A stretch of DNA of 62,458 bases, the filler included, from Platydemus manokwari (taxonomy: Eukaryota): the NCBI GenBank assembly GCA_037951405.1. It is 6 parts of 6 records of this genome, joined end to end, with 100 filler letters (N's around TTAATTAATTAA, not from the genome) between each part and the next. Parts side by side here need not be neighbours in the genome. Positions count along the whole stretch, not along the records: positions 37,472 to 46,878 come from JBBMOY011253985.1; positions 46,979 to 62,458 come from JBBMOY011284761.1; 4 more parts are not named here. One strand, written 5' to 3'. Under the pieces are notes generated by a model. It saw nothing but the letters and a program-made list of their open reading frames with translations, made no database searches and was not told where the DNA came from. Numbering within the stretch: the stretch's first letter is position 1; each line of letters opens with the position of its first letter. Position numbers and translations under genes: made by a program. Positions 41,572 to 55,985 of the stretch are shown one piece after another.

Positions 41572-42174
41572 GGGCTAAAGTTAAAAAAGAGTCCTAAATC
41601 GAAATTTTAAATTTGTCTAGTGTTTTGCAAAAATCTATATAGTTTATTTAATTATATTCTTTAAAAATATTTTCTATTTTTTATTTAAGTACTTAAGAAG
41701 AATTTGAGTTGCTTGAAATCAAATATTAAATACACTAGAGCTTAAAATCTGCTAAAATTTGATTATTTGAAAAAATGAAAAAAGTAAGTCGAATTGCAAT
41801 TTATTGAAAATTAGCGAGGACCCATTTTTTTTAACAATCGAACCAAATTGGGAGATATTATCAAATTTTACAATTATTTTATAAAATAAGCAATGGTATT
41901 ATTAAACATATCTGTAATTAACTATTTATTTATTATTAAAAAATTTAAATTTAAAAATTCAAATAATCATATAGAAGTGTTGTGATTAGAATGGGAACTT
42001 GGTTTTAAAGTATGTTCTACCGCTAGACATCTTAAACAATGAGATATTAGCTCAGTTATAAGAATAATTCAAGCATAGCAGTTATATATAAAACTAAGTT
42101 ATAAAATTATCTCATGTGCGAAAATTCATTATAATAAAAGTAGGTCAAAGGAGCCTTTTTCTTAAATTAAGCCC
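41572..42174 (+). mobile_element. ~600-bp MITE-like element, copy 2
   Basis: Starts gggctaaagttaaaaaag, ends ctttttcttaaattaagccc; shares tgcaaaaatctatatagttt, atgggaacttg and gacatc blocks with copy 1. Confidence 0.75.
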
Positions 42175-44619
42175 ATTCAAGTCTTGCATTGATTAATTAT
42201 TTAGAAATTTCACCGAAAGTTTTACTTAATTATAATATTCAAAACTAAGAGTTTTTCTTCGATTTTGGCTGCAGGTAGATTTTTAAAAATTGTAATTTAT
42301 TGTTTCACATAAACAGTTTTTTTTTTAATTTATAATGTTTATTTAATTCCAATATCCAGTATTTTAAAATGTTTTCAATTTCTTCAAGTCTCTTCCCATT
42401 ACTCCATAAACGATAACCACTTTTGCAAAGTTTAAAAAACAAAGCATAATTCAGAAAATCCTAATCCTAAAATTACTTTGTACTTCGAAGATATCGTATT
42501 ATCGATAATATTTTTATGTCTATAAATTCAATCATTAAGTTAATTTCGTGTTGAATATTTTATCTCAATTTCAACTTACAACTATATTAACTGTAAGAAT
42601 TTTAAACTCAATCAATATTCAAATGATCATTTTAAATAGAAAATACATTGATATTAAAATGTATAAATAATCATCGTAAATTGTTTAAGTATATTTATTA
42701 AATATATAAATATACTCTGTGGTTTAATCCTCTTAAATTATTATTTTTAGAAATGGTACCAGTTAGCACTTACTTATATGAAGCATTTTTGAATCGAATA
42801 ACTTTATTTCTTGACACACAAGTTGTCAGTAAGCCAATTTTAATTATAAAAGCTGAATCAGCTACAAATTTAAAATCAATGTATTAACATTCCAAAACAA
42901 ATTATGTTGGAATGTTGAGAGAATCATTATATCATTTCATATTATCTGAGAAATTTCCCAAAATCCTTTCCGTGTATATATTCGACCTAAACTGAACTGA
43001 ATCGAACTCAACAATAATCGTACATGATTATAAGTGAAAGAAATTTTCATTTGAAAGCGAAATCTAATTAACCGTTTGCAGTCAGAAATCAGTTAAATAA
43101 ATTATTTTCAATCTTATCAAATAACCCCTTTTACAATTGACCCATTTCACTTTGGATAAAAAGTAGAATTATTTTATGTGCGATCAACATTTGAAATAAG
43201 GAATATTTACAATTCATCTTTCTAAAATCAAATCGACCGTTTGTTATTTTTAACATACCAACACCGAAGAGTGCCACTATTTCTCATTGATGTCTTTATT
43301 AAACAAAGTCTCAATACGGCGTTATGAATTATAAAAAGATAATTTCCTGTCCATTAAACATTCGATATTGTTATTTATTTCAATTTTAATAAATGTTTTT
43401 CATTCAGAAATTTCTTTTGATATACAAACAAGGTGATTTGTGAGAACTGTCGGATTTTGAGTGAAATATTTTGAAATTTTAGCGCTAAAAATCTGAACTG
43501 TGTTCTTAAAATCGAGATATAATTAATAATTAATACTGTTGATCAGTATTTATTATTTGATCTCTATAATTAAACTTGATCAATTCGATAATGTTTTACA
43601 TTTTAAAAAATCACCGCATTTATTTTTGATTTTTATGACTTTGGTTTATTATTCTACTGTCAAAATTAATCCGGAAATGTCACCACACCAAATTATGTAT
43701 TTAAATAGAATTATATAAATAAATTAATATAAAAGTTAAAAAATTCTCACACTCCTCTTTCTTTAAAATCTTTGATTTTCTTTGTATTCTTAATCGAATA
43801 CTATACATATTTATCTACATAAAAATTTCTAATTCTTCTATCTAATTTATATCTTCTCTATATATTCTCAATATCTTCCTCCTTGTCTTCCCTAATTTTC
43901 AGTCATTGAACTTTTCGGAATTGTATCCATATTGTTGCGTAGACCGAGGTAAGAACCCTAAAAATGGTAGACACACAGATTCGATAAACTCATGTGTCTT
44001 CAGCCAATCAGATTCGTTAATATATTAATCCATATTTAGAAGTTAAGAATTGACAGGTATATACCTACAAATGGCAGTAAACTCAAATATTTGACAATGA
44101 AATAAGAGATACGAGGAAAATACGAATTCAGTAAATGAAAAACGGATATCTGTGACATCAAGCAGACATATTCAATAGTTTATAAAAGATATTGAGTTCC
44201 ATGAGCAACTGCTAGTCTTTTTTGGTCGGCAACCTAAGTATTAATCTTAACTTTGCGTGATTTTCAGCAACCAGTCTTTTTGGTTGTTTTCTATTCTGCT
44301 TTTGACTTTTGAGTGCTGATCTAATCTTGTGTGATAGACTATCGTTGATTTGGGAAGAGGCTTAACTGTAGTTGTTATGATTGAGGTTGTAGCATTTTGG
44401 TCAATATAATTTTCAGGTTTAATTTTTGATTATAACTTTAAACAATATAGGTGGTCGCAACATAAACAGTAACTATTTTATAGAGTCACGACACCAAATT
44501 ATATATTTCAATACAATTATATAAATTAATTAATATAATTTTATATTAAAGTGAAATTAATTTTTTTTAAAATTTAATTCCTTTAAAAATTTTCACACAT
44601 ACAAAATATAAATACAAAC

Positions 44620-45446
44620 ATATTTTCGACAAAGTCATTTCAACACTTCAACCAATATCACCGATAAACATTTGATGAAAAATTGCTTCAACTTCATTGC
44701 TATTTATGGCTTTCGATGAAATCCTGAATGAAATAATAAAAATCTAACCGATTTCTTTAATTGCATTCTTGAATGGAATTTTCAAACCAAACAAAATGTC
44801 AATCGGAAATGATATCCGATTGCGTAATAATTCTACCAAAAGTGATGCGTTCAGTGAAACTGTTAGCGGATAATATCAGGAAATTTATCTCAGTCAAATC
44901 CATCATCCCGAAATGGAATTTAATTCTATCCGTCCGGAATACTTGATTTGTTTCGTTGAATTTGTTCTGAAAGCGTTTTTCAATTTTGTGAATCGAGTGA
45001 AAGCATAAATTATTACTCAATCGGTCACGTGAATTCATTTTTCAATATATTATCGAGTTCTTGTTTTACTAATATCAAATCATTAAAATCATATTTCAAA
45101 TTTATTTACACCGTCTCAGCATGCAATGATTGATTCTAAGAAGAGTTTTTCTTACTTCAAAACTCATATTGTGAAAGATACAGTAATAAATTATTAAAAT
45201 AAAATTCCATTTATAAAATCGAGCAATTCAGTGAATGTTAAAACTGATGGCTTTAATAATAAAATAATAATAATATTAAAAACATACATATCCCATTATC
45301 GATTTAGATTTGAGATTTTGGCTACCAGAGTAAATCAGAATCAGTAAACACACCCCAAATAATCCCCACTTAGATTTTAGCTTCATTAGTTTCGGATGTG
45401 GATCAAGCCATCTCACAAATGAAGTTGTAATTCCCAATTCAGACAT
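44620..45446 (-). pseudogene. Possible multi-exon membrane-protein gene or relic; not resolved
   Basis: Clean exon-like block 45446-45288 (MSELGITTSFVRWLDPHPKLMKLKSKWGLFGVCLLILIYSG...|gtatgt) and further splice-like signals downstream, but no stop-free join was found. Confidence 0.25.
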
Positions 45447-46878
45447 CTAAAACGCATATGAAACCATAGAAACGAAAAACCGGTAGAAATATAAATTTCT
45501 AAAAGAAAATATTTGAAAAAAAATACAATCAACAATATGGAATTATTTGGAAGATTAGAGAATTCGAAAAGTAGAAATTATCACCCAATAACCTTATCCA
45601 TATTGAAATTCTTATTGTGAAAATAAATCTATGAAAATTCCCACCACAAATTGTTAGTTAATTTCCTTTTTCTTTTCCTTATCTTTCATTAAGGATTGAT
45701 TTTTCGTTCTGCTTTTCATTTTATTGATTTTTAGATTGCTCTCGAAAATTTTTTGTTTGTATTTTCGTCTTGTTTATGATAACATCTGTGCTTGCCATGA
45801 GTCGGTCGAAGTCACTTATTCCGGTACAGTCGATTATTGATCGATACAGATTGTTGGGAGATAATGTCGACATATCCCAAACGCACTATACATTTGTTGA
45901 ATAGCCTGTGAACAGAGAGAGAGTGGAATATTTGAGAGGAAAAAAACAATTTCTTCACAATTTAACGGTGGAATAATAAATCAAAAATTGAATAGACGTA
46001 ATTTGAAAATAATTGATTTAGGGAAAATAACTCTGACGTGTACTATATATAAGTAGAGAAGATCATTAATAAATTCTTTAACCTTTCAATTTCCTCTTTT
46101 AAATCATCAAACAATCACGTGACTAATATAAATAACTTCATAACATAATCGTCGATGGATACTGTTTCCCAACTTTGTTTACACAGCCTCCTTAAACGTG
46201 ACCATCATAATCTATCCCAAGCCCGATTCTCCATCCAAATCAAACAAAACTCAAAATCAGAAAGTGTTTCAGTGTCAATTTATCTCAAAAATGTGGACAA
46301 TTGCCGTGTCCTCATTATTACGGCATCACATGCAGGAATAAAATAATCTCATCTTAACACAATCTTCCATTCTTGACACACGCTGATACACATCACGAAC
46401 AAGGAAGTGTTGTTTTTTCCTCTTATTGAATTGGTTTTGAGATGTTATCAATCCAACATTGAGAGGTAAAAAGTTTTGTTTGCTGAAAGAAAATTGCGTT
46501 TGTAAAAACATGGATTTTATGATTTCATGCAATGAAGATTGTGTCCCGAAAATGTCAGCCTTTCGACAGATGTCTTCTCCTATTAAATTATATTTTACTT
46601 CTTTAATTGACATAATTAGTTGACCAGAAATAAGTTTCAGTGGTGATTATAAAAGGCATTTTATTGTGAAAATATCAAACACTAAAATCACGAAAGAAAA
46701 TCTATTGAAAACAAATCAACAGAAAAAAATTATAAAACTTGTATTTTATATCGGAAATATTAGGTGTATTAGTATGATTCCGGCTTTTTTTTAAAAACAA
46801 GAACATTTTTTAAAATATTTATTTAATGAAATTCAATCAAAATATTTTCCATTTGCAGATATGACATTGGCCCATCTT

Positions 46879-46978
46879 NNNNNNNNNNNNNNNNNNNNNN
46901 NNNNNNNNNNNNNNNNNNNNNNTTAATTAATTAANNNNNNNNNNNNNNNNNNNNNNNNNNNNNNNNNNNNNNNNNNNN
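46879..46978. other. Assembly linker (44N + TTAATTAATTAA + 44N)
   Basis: Same structure as the other linkers. Confidence 0.97.
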
Positions 46979-47736
46979 ATAAGATCTTCAATTTAATATT
47001 TAAAAATGAAAAGCCAATTTAAAAAAGGCCATTATTTTTGCACCAACCTAATAGAAAGGCCATAATCTAGTTTCTATAAATTTAAAAGATTGAAACAGAT
47101 AGATTATCGACAATTGATTGTTACATTTAAATCACTCATTCAATTTACGTGAAAATCTCCACTTCAAATATAAGTTAACGTTTTATATTGAAAATCATTT
47201 TAATAAATTATTAAAATTAATTCGCTATTATTAATTTTAACTAATTTTCGATTAAAAATTCTAGACTTTAAAAACCGGTAAAGATTCAATAAAATTTCTG
47301 ATTTCTCATATTATCAATACTAAACAAAATACAAAGATCAAAATTTTCTTTATATTTTTACAATCACATTTATATTAATATTCTTTATCCATGAGATATA
47401 CTTTTATTCGATATTCCAGGTTGTTTAATGATTAAAACATGAATTTTCAAATTTTGTAAAGGCATTTTTTGAAACGAAATAAAAAATGGGATTTCAATTT
47501 TAAAGAGATGTAATTTACCTAGATTTTTCGAGTTACTAAATATTTTAAATAATACTAGAATTAGACACAAATAAGATAATGTAAGAAGTAAACTAATAAT
47601 AATTTTTAAAAATTAGGTCGGAGACTGAGTTGTTTTTTTACTTACTCCACTCACCTTGACTGAAACTTGATGATCAAAAATAAAACAATGAATAAATTAA
47701 GAACCCTCTTGTTAAATTAAAATTCTACAATATCAC

Positions 47737-50700
47737 CTTCGCACGATGCTTTTATTTCTGTAACTCTGCTGCTTTTGCGATTCAATAGCTGCAGATACTC
47801 TTCAATTGATAACGTTTTATGAACGCAGAGATTTTTTGCCAATTCTTGGCTAACTCCTTGAAAAATAAGCATTTCTTGAAATTTTTTCAAAGCGTTTCCA
47901 CTTTTAATAGCTTTGTCCAACATATTGTGTATGTTTTCTTCAGTCAAATTTTTATCTGTGTATTTTAAAAGTTGAGTGGCTAAAAAGATAATAAAAATTT
48001 ATCAGCCATAGTGTTTCGTAAAAATTAACCCATAATAATTATTATTTCTCTGATGTCGTCCGACATCTCACCGTTAAGAGCTTTAAGGGTCTCAGCAATT
48101 TCCAGAGCATTTCCAACACAACATCCCAACGGTGAATTCATATCATCCACAAGACATATAATATTCATATTTAACGTTTTACCAGCTTCAATCTATTATC
48201 ATATTAATATTAAAATATTTTTTATAATAAATTCAATGTTTATAAAATAACATAATTCTAATAAATTACTGTACGATTTAGAAGGTTTTGCTGAATTAAT
48301 CACTTACCATTGAACATCAAATTGTTCCAGAATACCTGTGTTTCCTTATGTTTAAATCCAGTAATAAAAGGACTATTATTAAATGAAGAATTTGATGTTC
48401 TATTTGGCATTAATGAGTAAGAGAGACAAAGATAAAATCTTAAACACAAATATACTGATGAAGTCAAATGATTTTTTCAAAAAATTACTTGAGAATATTT
48501 CTTAAATTTGTTGTGTTGCAAATATAAGTCTTTTAGGATTTTTTTGTAATTGTAATGAATTTGACAATCCTTGTTAATTGAAATGAGTTTTTTATTAAAA
48601 GCGATTTTACGATTGTATATGCTCGATATGAGGCAGAATAGAGATGAAGATAAGATTATTTTCATTGATATTTGAAATCAATTAATGAACATATTTAGAA
48701 AACAAATTATTGTTAATAAAATTCGAGAATGTAATGATATTGTTAAGAGATTGTGAATGCAGTATTTGATATTATTCATTCCATCATTGTTGAATTGCAC
48801 AACATAATATCACTATATTTTCTAAGGATGAGTTTCTGAATTGTTTTAATTTTCGAGAGAAAAGAAATGTTACTAATGAACTTAAATTCACATTAAATAA
48901 TAGATATCCTTTATGTTATTTGTAAAAATAAAGATAATTAAAACTGGAAATACAGTTTTGAATATGAATACCATATGTTGTTTTATACATTAATATGTAC
49001 ATAAAAATGGCTTCGTTTGGGATTTCGTGAGGAAATCATCGATAAAGAAAATTATTAATATGATTCATATAATTTAAGAAAACAGACTAGCTTGTATTGA
49101 TCAAAACGATAAGTCACATAATTCACATCCTAAATGTAATAAACTATTTCATAAATACTGTTGGATCCCAAAGAATTGAGGTTGTGTAAGTTTTATTATT
49201 CCTAATCTGTGTTAATTAGCACGTACATCAACAACTCCAAAATTCATCAAGATACTCCACAAATCATATGGAGAGAATGTTATATTACTCGATTTCCAAC
49301 TGGTAGTATGCAATGTTTAAATCATTATTTATACTTGGGATTTGTGTGCAATTTGTGTGTCACGTTTTGATTTGATATTTTGTTTCCATTCGGATTTATC
49401 TATTTTCTGTGATCGGTATTTGTCAATTCCTGTGTGTGTTACTGTGTGATTATGTCCGTCTTTTGAATTAGAATCTTCAATGTATGTCTTCTCTGATTGG
49501 CTGATTGCTATACCTGTATGACTGTGAAGACATCCATATACTTAAAGTGGCGAAATAAGGGTTTCAAGGTGAAAAATCATTTTTCTTTCGTGTTATTTCG
49601 TCTTTACTCAACAATATCAATTAGAAACAAATTCACAACAGTATATTTAATCAAAATATTTACACAATTTATTTAAAAGTATTTTTAATAATGTATTTTG
49701 AAGATTATTTATAAAAACCTAAAAAATCTTAACACAAACCTGTGAAATGATTGTAAATAATTTTTTAAAAATTTCAAATTTAACTGATTGTTGATTATTA
49801 TGTTGAAAAACAATTGTTTAGCATATAAGTCATTATTTATTTACTATTTTTAAACTGCAAATTGTCAGCTGATTATGATATTATCATCCTGTCATAAACC
49901 ATCAGTAAAATGATCATCACAGAAAACAATGTTTAATCACGGAATCGAACGAAGTCCAAGTTGATATAATCAAAAGTTACACTCAAATCAATATAATAAC
50001 GGTTAAATGAATTGAATGAATAAAAGAATTGAAAATCAATTTCATTCTATCTCAACGATAGACTTGACAAAACAAAATAAATAAATAAACAAACATACGA
50101 ATATACCATAATTAGAAAACAATTTTTAAATCTTACCATCGCTTTTGCCAATTCTATTGCGTTATTTTCCGTCGTCATAAAAGTACCTTTGCCAAACTTG
50201 ACATCCATCAATAGAATTTTTATGTCTTCAATTTTCTTTTTCGAAAGAATTGATGCTTTGATAAATGAATTTCATATATTAATCGTTAAGTAAATAATCA
50301 ACCTGTTATAAGTGGTATCGAATCAACAGTTGCCGTTACGTCTCTTATTGCATATAGGCACTTATCTACGGGCACCATCGAGTCGGTTTGACCTGTAATG
50401 AAAAATCCAGCAGTTTCCAACATATCAGGCATAATTTGAAAATCATTGACCGGGAAAAAGCCTTCTATCGCTTCTAATTTGTCAATTGTTCCACCTGTAA
50501 TACCTAAACCCCTTCCACTTATCATAGGAATCTACAATAAATAATAAAATGAACAACGAACAACTGCTTAATACTTTTAAGTCGCATGCTGATAATATCG
50601 GAGCAAGAATATGACTAATTTTATCTCCAACACCCCCAGTGCTGTGTTTATCAACGACTTTTTCCCGCCATTTATATTCTGACCAATCAAATTTGTAGCT

Positions 50701-50946
50701 AAATTCAGCCATTGCCTTTGTTAAGTCGGCCGTTTCTCGACCAGTCATACCTTTCAATTTAGTAGCCATTAAAAACGCACCTATCGAGATATTTTAAATA
50801 TATTGAATCATAGTCATTTTACCAATTTGTGCGTCATCAATCAACTTTTTTGAAACACATTTTACGAAATTCCAAACTTCTTCAGAACTTAATTCCAAGC
50901 CTTGACTTTTTCTCTCAATAATTTTCACAATATTAACATCAGTCAT
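47737..50946 (-). CDS. TYMP: Thymidine phosphorylase, 3'-incomplete; exons 50946-50823, 50780-50575, 50531-50303, 50255-50137, 48192-48030, 47979-47737
   Basis: Signature motifs [75 protein letters not shown]; in-phase GT-AG introns; C-terminal domain exon(s) not found before the linker. Confidence 0.92.
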
Positions 50947-51246
50947 TTCAAAAATAATGATAACATCTCGTTACAATTGACACAAATGTATATACGTGTC
51001 TGCATTGGCTGCTATTTTTAGAATGGTTGTTACAACATTTTAAACAATCATGATACGATTATCGATGGGGTTTTTATTGTACAAATCGTGGTCACTAATG
51101 GTAACCAGAACAAAGTGCGTACAAATATTTGAAATATTAAATTATTGTAATTAGGACTTATATTTTGTTGATGGATTTTAGATGATTGGAATTAAATGTT
51201 TAAAACAATTATGATAAAGTTATTAATTTTAATTATCTAAATATTT

Positions 51247-51811
51247 GGCTAAAGTTTAAAAAATAGGTTCTAAAATATAATTTAATGGGTCTATTGTCAA
51301 AATCTATATAGTTTATGTAATTAAATTAAAAACATTTTGAATTTCTGGTTGAAGTACTTAAGAAGAGTTTTCGTTGTTTGAAATATAATATTAAATATCC
51401 TAAAATTTGATTATTTTAAAAACGGATTAAATTAATTCAAATTGCAAGAACCTTTTTGAGTATATATATAAGAAAAAAGTAGCATACTTTAAATTTTTGC
51501 AATTATTTGATAAAAACAAGTAATACTAGAATTAAGTGACATGAGTTTCCTAAATTTATTTAAAATTAAATTAATTTAAATTTACAAAACAAAAAATCAC
51601 GTCGTAGTGTTGTAGTTTTAATAGGAACTTGTTTTAAAACTTTGTTTTGTTCCTATTCGACATCCTAAAATATGAGTTATTAATGGAATTATACTAAGGA
51701 AGCATATATCACAATTATATATAAAAAGATAGTTATAAAATTACCTCATAACTATATAGATTTTTGCAAAGCACTAAAAATTTTATTTTGGGACCTTATT
51801 TAACTTTAGCC
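51247..51811 (+). mobile_element. MITE-like element, copy 3, about 300 bp upstream of the TYMP start
   Basis: Starts ggctaaagtt and ends aactttagcc, with ~60-bp inverted termini; body aligns with copies 1 and 2. Confidence 0.75.
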
Positions 51812-52689
51812 AATTATACATTTAGAAAAGTGTAAATATTTGAAGGAATATAATATCACAATATGATAATTTTTCGTTTAAATTAAATTGATATTTAATT
51901 TTGAATTAAAATAAGTACCGAAATTACTGAAGAACCAATAATTATTTAAAACTTTGTTGTGATTCATATTTTTATGTTTAAATCTAATTGATTGTTAACA
52001 TTCTTTGTTATGTTGTGTTAAATTTTCTCTCACATGCTTTAGTTGTTTGACCAGGGTCTTCCATTAATTTAAAATTTAGAATTCTAATACAGTATATTCT
52101 TTTTTGAAGCGATTTTTTAATTTCTTGACGACATTTTTTTGATGACGTTTTAATTATATATCATAATTTATAATAATTTATCTTTATTATGTCTGTGAGC
52201 AATTAAATTTCCTATGAATGCTATAATCTAATATTATGATTTTTTTTACTGCACATCATTCCTAAAAATATAATTGGCTGAAGGTTTTCTATTAAACTCA
52301 TATAATAACAATCGAGATTTTACAGATAGAGAGTTGATACGAGTTTAATTAAAACTGGTGTTACTTAAAATAATTATTAGAACAGATTGAAAGTTTCAAT
52401 TCAAACATTTAAAGTTGCACTCAAGTTGTATTGATAAGAACAAAAGTTGCACATATTCATAAATTCTCAAGTAATACAACGTATTTTGATGTGAAAAGTT
52501 ATTCAGTGCGAATAAAAATAGCTCTTTCTTTTAACATGTAAAATTCCATTTTTAGATGAAACTTTTATTAAAATTAAAAAGATTCGTTCATATACTGACT
52601 GACTGATATATACGTAAATGTGAATATTCTTCTTGAGAAACAATTCTAATAATTATTTTTTGAATTGACAAAATATCATTTTATTCCAA

Positions 52690-54200
52690 TATTTATTTGA
52701 AGATCTTCCTTTGTTTGGGTATATATCAATAAGTAATCAAGGAAAACGACAATCTCTTTGAATAATAAACTATACAGTAGACAAAACATAAATTTTCCAA
52801 ACGTTGCTGGTGCTGTAGTCAACCCGAACGGAAGTTAGTTGAAACAAAATTGGTCAGTAGTTGTGATAAAAGCTGTGACATATAAATCTTATTCAAGCGC
52901 AAGTTAGTAGTATGGTTGTCCGAGGTTGATCGTATAGAAAATCTTTTCTTTAGCAAAACATAAGCAAATGAATGTCAGATATTGGAAATGTAAACTTTTT
53001 AGAGATTCCATTTAGCTCGCGAAAATTCACAAATACACATTGGTCGGTTCTTTTTCTACGAGTTCCACGAGCTCTTTCATGATTTAATCACCTGTGTCCG
53101 CAACAATTTGTTAATTTTCTTCTTCATGTGCATCTATTGTCCTTCAAATTTTGAGTTATTAGACTTCCAGTGAGACACCCACACTGTTTGCACCAAATTA
53201 AATTTTGACACCATAAAGATTCAATATTTTTGGTTTATTAATTTACCAAGCTTATTAATTTTTCCAAATGATAAATTCAGTATCTAATGCGGTTATCATC
53301 AGGAAATTCTGCTTTTATGTCTAAAAAATTGTATGTGGTCATCTCTTTCAGTCGAATGCCAAATGTGTTTATCATATCTTCGCGTCTGATAAATGAAAGG
53401 GAAAATAAGTTTTACAACGATAGTGTAGATGCTTCTTTCTTTTTTCTTTCAAAGATCTGTCACTTTCCATGATTTCTTAGTCGTTTACCTTTGTGGTAAA
53501 TATTCAACTCAGCATCACTACGCACATTTAAAAACCATGACATCCAATTTTTTTCTAACATTTTCATTCCGCTCACTAACGGTAGCACTTGAGTCCCATA
53601 GCATCTTTATTCCAACTTTATTAATTAAAATCACCTTCCATTCTCCTACGTCATTCTTCTGATACATGCGAATTTAAATCATTGTTATTTTCAATTTTTA
53701 TTGATCCAATGAAACAAACGAAATGTTTTGTTAATCATCCGTCTTGTGCACTATATGCTCATCATCACCATCGCACTGGTTTCCAATTCCATCATGGATA
53801 CATAAAATTCGCATTTTTGGTTGTCGATTAGAGCAGAGCAATATATAACAATCACTGAAAATATGATCTCCTTGACACATTAGACAGTTGTTTATCAACT
53901 CAAAGAGCACTGGCCTTTGAAATGACCAGCTTCGTGACAACAGAAACAATCTTTTGTTTTTTGACACTGGCAAATAGCATCTATCATTGTAAAGACTTTA
54001 TCTTCCAGCGTGTTGTGAAACTTTTGTGGACTTCAAAATTATTTCTTGAAAATTAGAAAATAAGTTGATCTATTTATTCAATTTTTATTTGAAACTCCAG
54101 ATATTTGTTGAAATAAATCTCTATTTTCGAAGATCTTAGCAAGGGACTAAATTTCTGACAATTCAATCTCTGGATTTGTTAAAAGAGCTTCCTTCACATC
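52690..54200 (-). mobile_element. Decayed Ty3/Gypsy LTR retrotransposon gag-pol
   Basis: Two zinc knuckles CFCCHEAGHFKGQC and CLMCQGDHIFSDC (~53850-53950), aspartic protease MLWDSSATVS (~53580-53610), RT TAFITTTDQFCFN*LPFGLTTAPATF and VVFLDYLLIY (~52720-52880), in canonical order with stops and frameshifts. Confidence 0.85.
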
Positions 54201-54529
54201 TGCATTTTATATTTTTATCATATATGTTATATGCTATTTTTAAGTTAAAGACATTATCCATCAATTTTGGAAAATTATTGAAGAATTTAATAGCTAAAGC
54301 TTTAAGTCAGTATCTATATATCATTTATAGATGTTCACATATTGTTATATGATTTAAGATTTCTTGTAGATCTAAACACAAAGAATCTTAGAAGCAATTT
54401 TAAAAATGTGTATGCCAATCAGCACATCAATTTACAAGATGATGTAATGATTAATTATGTATTTCACGGCTATATCAGTCTGCTAAGAGTTTTAAGAATA
54501 CTGTTGCGATACCATTTGGTTTGAAAAAC

Positions 54530-54900
54530 ATATCGCCAGTAGTAGATAATAATTTACGGAATTCTAACGTATTCAAATAAAATGAAAATTTAAAATTAAT
54601 TAACAGAAGTTAACAGATTTATTAAAGTTTGTTTTCTGATTAGTATGAGAGAAATAAACTAATTGATTAAAGAAGAAACAAATTCGAAATGTAAAATAAC
54701 TCAGAAACTAGTTAAACGTTTTAATAGGTTTAATAATTAAAACACAATTTCCGTTCAGATTAATTTTACCGAATTGTCCAAACATGCAAAAACGGACAAT
54801 TAAAATGAAATATTTCAATGTTTCTAAGAATTGTATTTCATGTAACAAACAGTTATGTGCGATTTATTTTCGAAAACCGGTAAAGAAGATTTGTGAATCG
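54530..54900 (+). mobile_element. Possible piggyBac transposase C-terminal Cys-rich domain fossil
   Basis: QTCKN...NCISCNKQLCA pattern; degenerate. Confidence 0.3.
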
Positions 54901-55985
54901 ATTTTGATTGAATAAATTAACGAAACGGTAGACAATATTTCTAACTTCACTTTAATCTTTGTAATAATGTTTCAATATCTAAATGACTGAAATAGAATAA
55001 AATAATACAATCAAAATATAATTAATTAAAAATAAAGTATTTCCATACCATTTGATTACTTGTAATTAAAGTTGAATATCAATTGTTATTAACATGTTAG
55101 ATTTTTTAGGATTTCTAATCGTATTTGTTATCATATTTTAATATCTTGATTTAATAATTATAACTAGTATCAACATCATCACGGCTCTGGTTGTTATTAC
55201 TTCAATATAGCTAACTTTTGATTATTATAAATTAAAACGACATTTTATGAATAAAGAAACATTTAATATTTACAATAAGTTTGTTTAAGTAAATCGCAAT
55301 ACGCATTTTAAAGTAAAAATAATCAAAATAGATGAAATTATTATAAATCAAACCATGCCACTGGACATTAACCTACATTACTACTTTTATTTATACCAAA
55401 TTCTGTCATTTTAATTACTACTACCCTGTATGTTGCTAGTATGAAACGTAGAGCTGAAACTGAATTCAGTTGATAAATCGAATCGAGATTAAAACGTTCA
55501 TATAATATTTAATAAATTAAAAGTTCATAATGTTGGTTTAACAATCTTTGAATATTGGTGATTATCTGAAGAGTATCGCTGGGTTATTTGAGGATTTTTT
55601 CTGTGGTCCACTTGATAATAAACAAAGAGATCAAAAAGAAGTTACAACGGAAGAAACACCAGTAATAGAGAGATCATTTGGTGATTCATTTTCAATGAAA
55701 ATATTAGAATTTCGTTTGATTCCAAGAGATGATTTAGTTATTGATAATCGAAGAAATAAAAGTGAAAAGAAAAAATCAGTTTATTAGAGTCAAATATATT
55801 TTAAAAATAAAATGACAATAAATTGTAAATATATGAACTTATCGTCCATTTTAAATTTTATACTAATCGATTGATAGTAACCTTTTGTGATTCTTTATCA
55901 TCGAGAAAGACACCAACGAGTAATTGAAAATCACATATTAAACCAAATTAATTGCAAAATCTATTTTTAGTAGTATTAACATAAA

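Noticed and set aside
45650-46613. 95-aa ORF and exon-like block
   Set aside because: Multiple stops, no assignable family and no coherent model.
48307-48440. Exon-like segment with gtaagt donor inside TYMP intron 4
   Set aside because: Phase does not fit, and the flanking exons already join seamlessly.
55548-55787. 79-aa plus-strand ORF
   Set aside because: Starts at TTG with an in-frame stop just after the nearest upstream ATG; no homology recognised.
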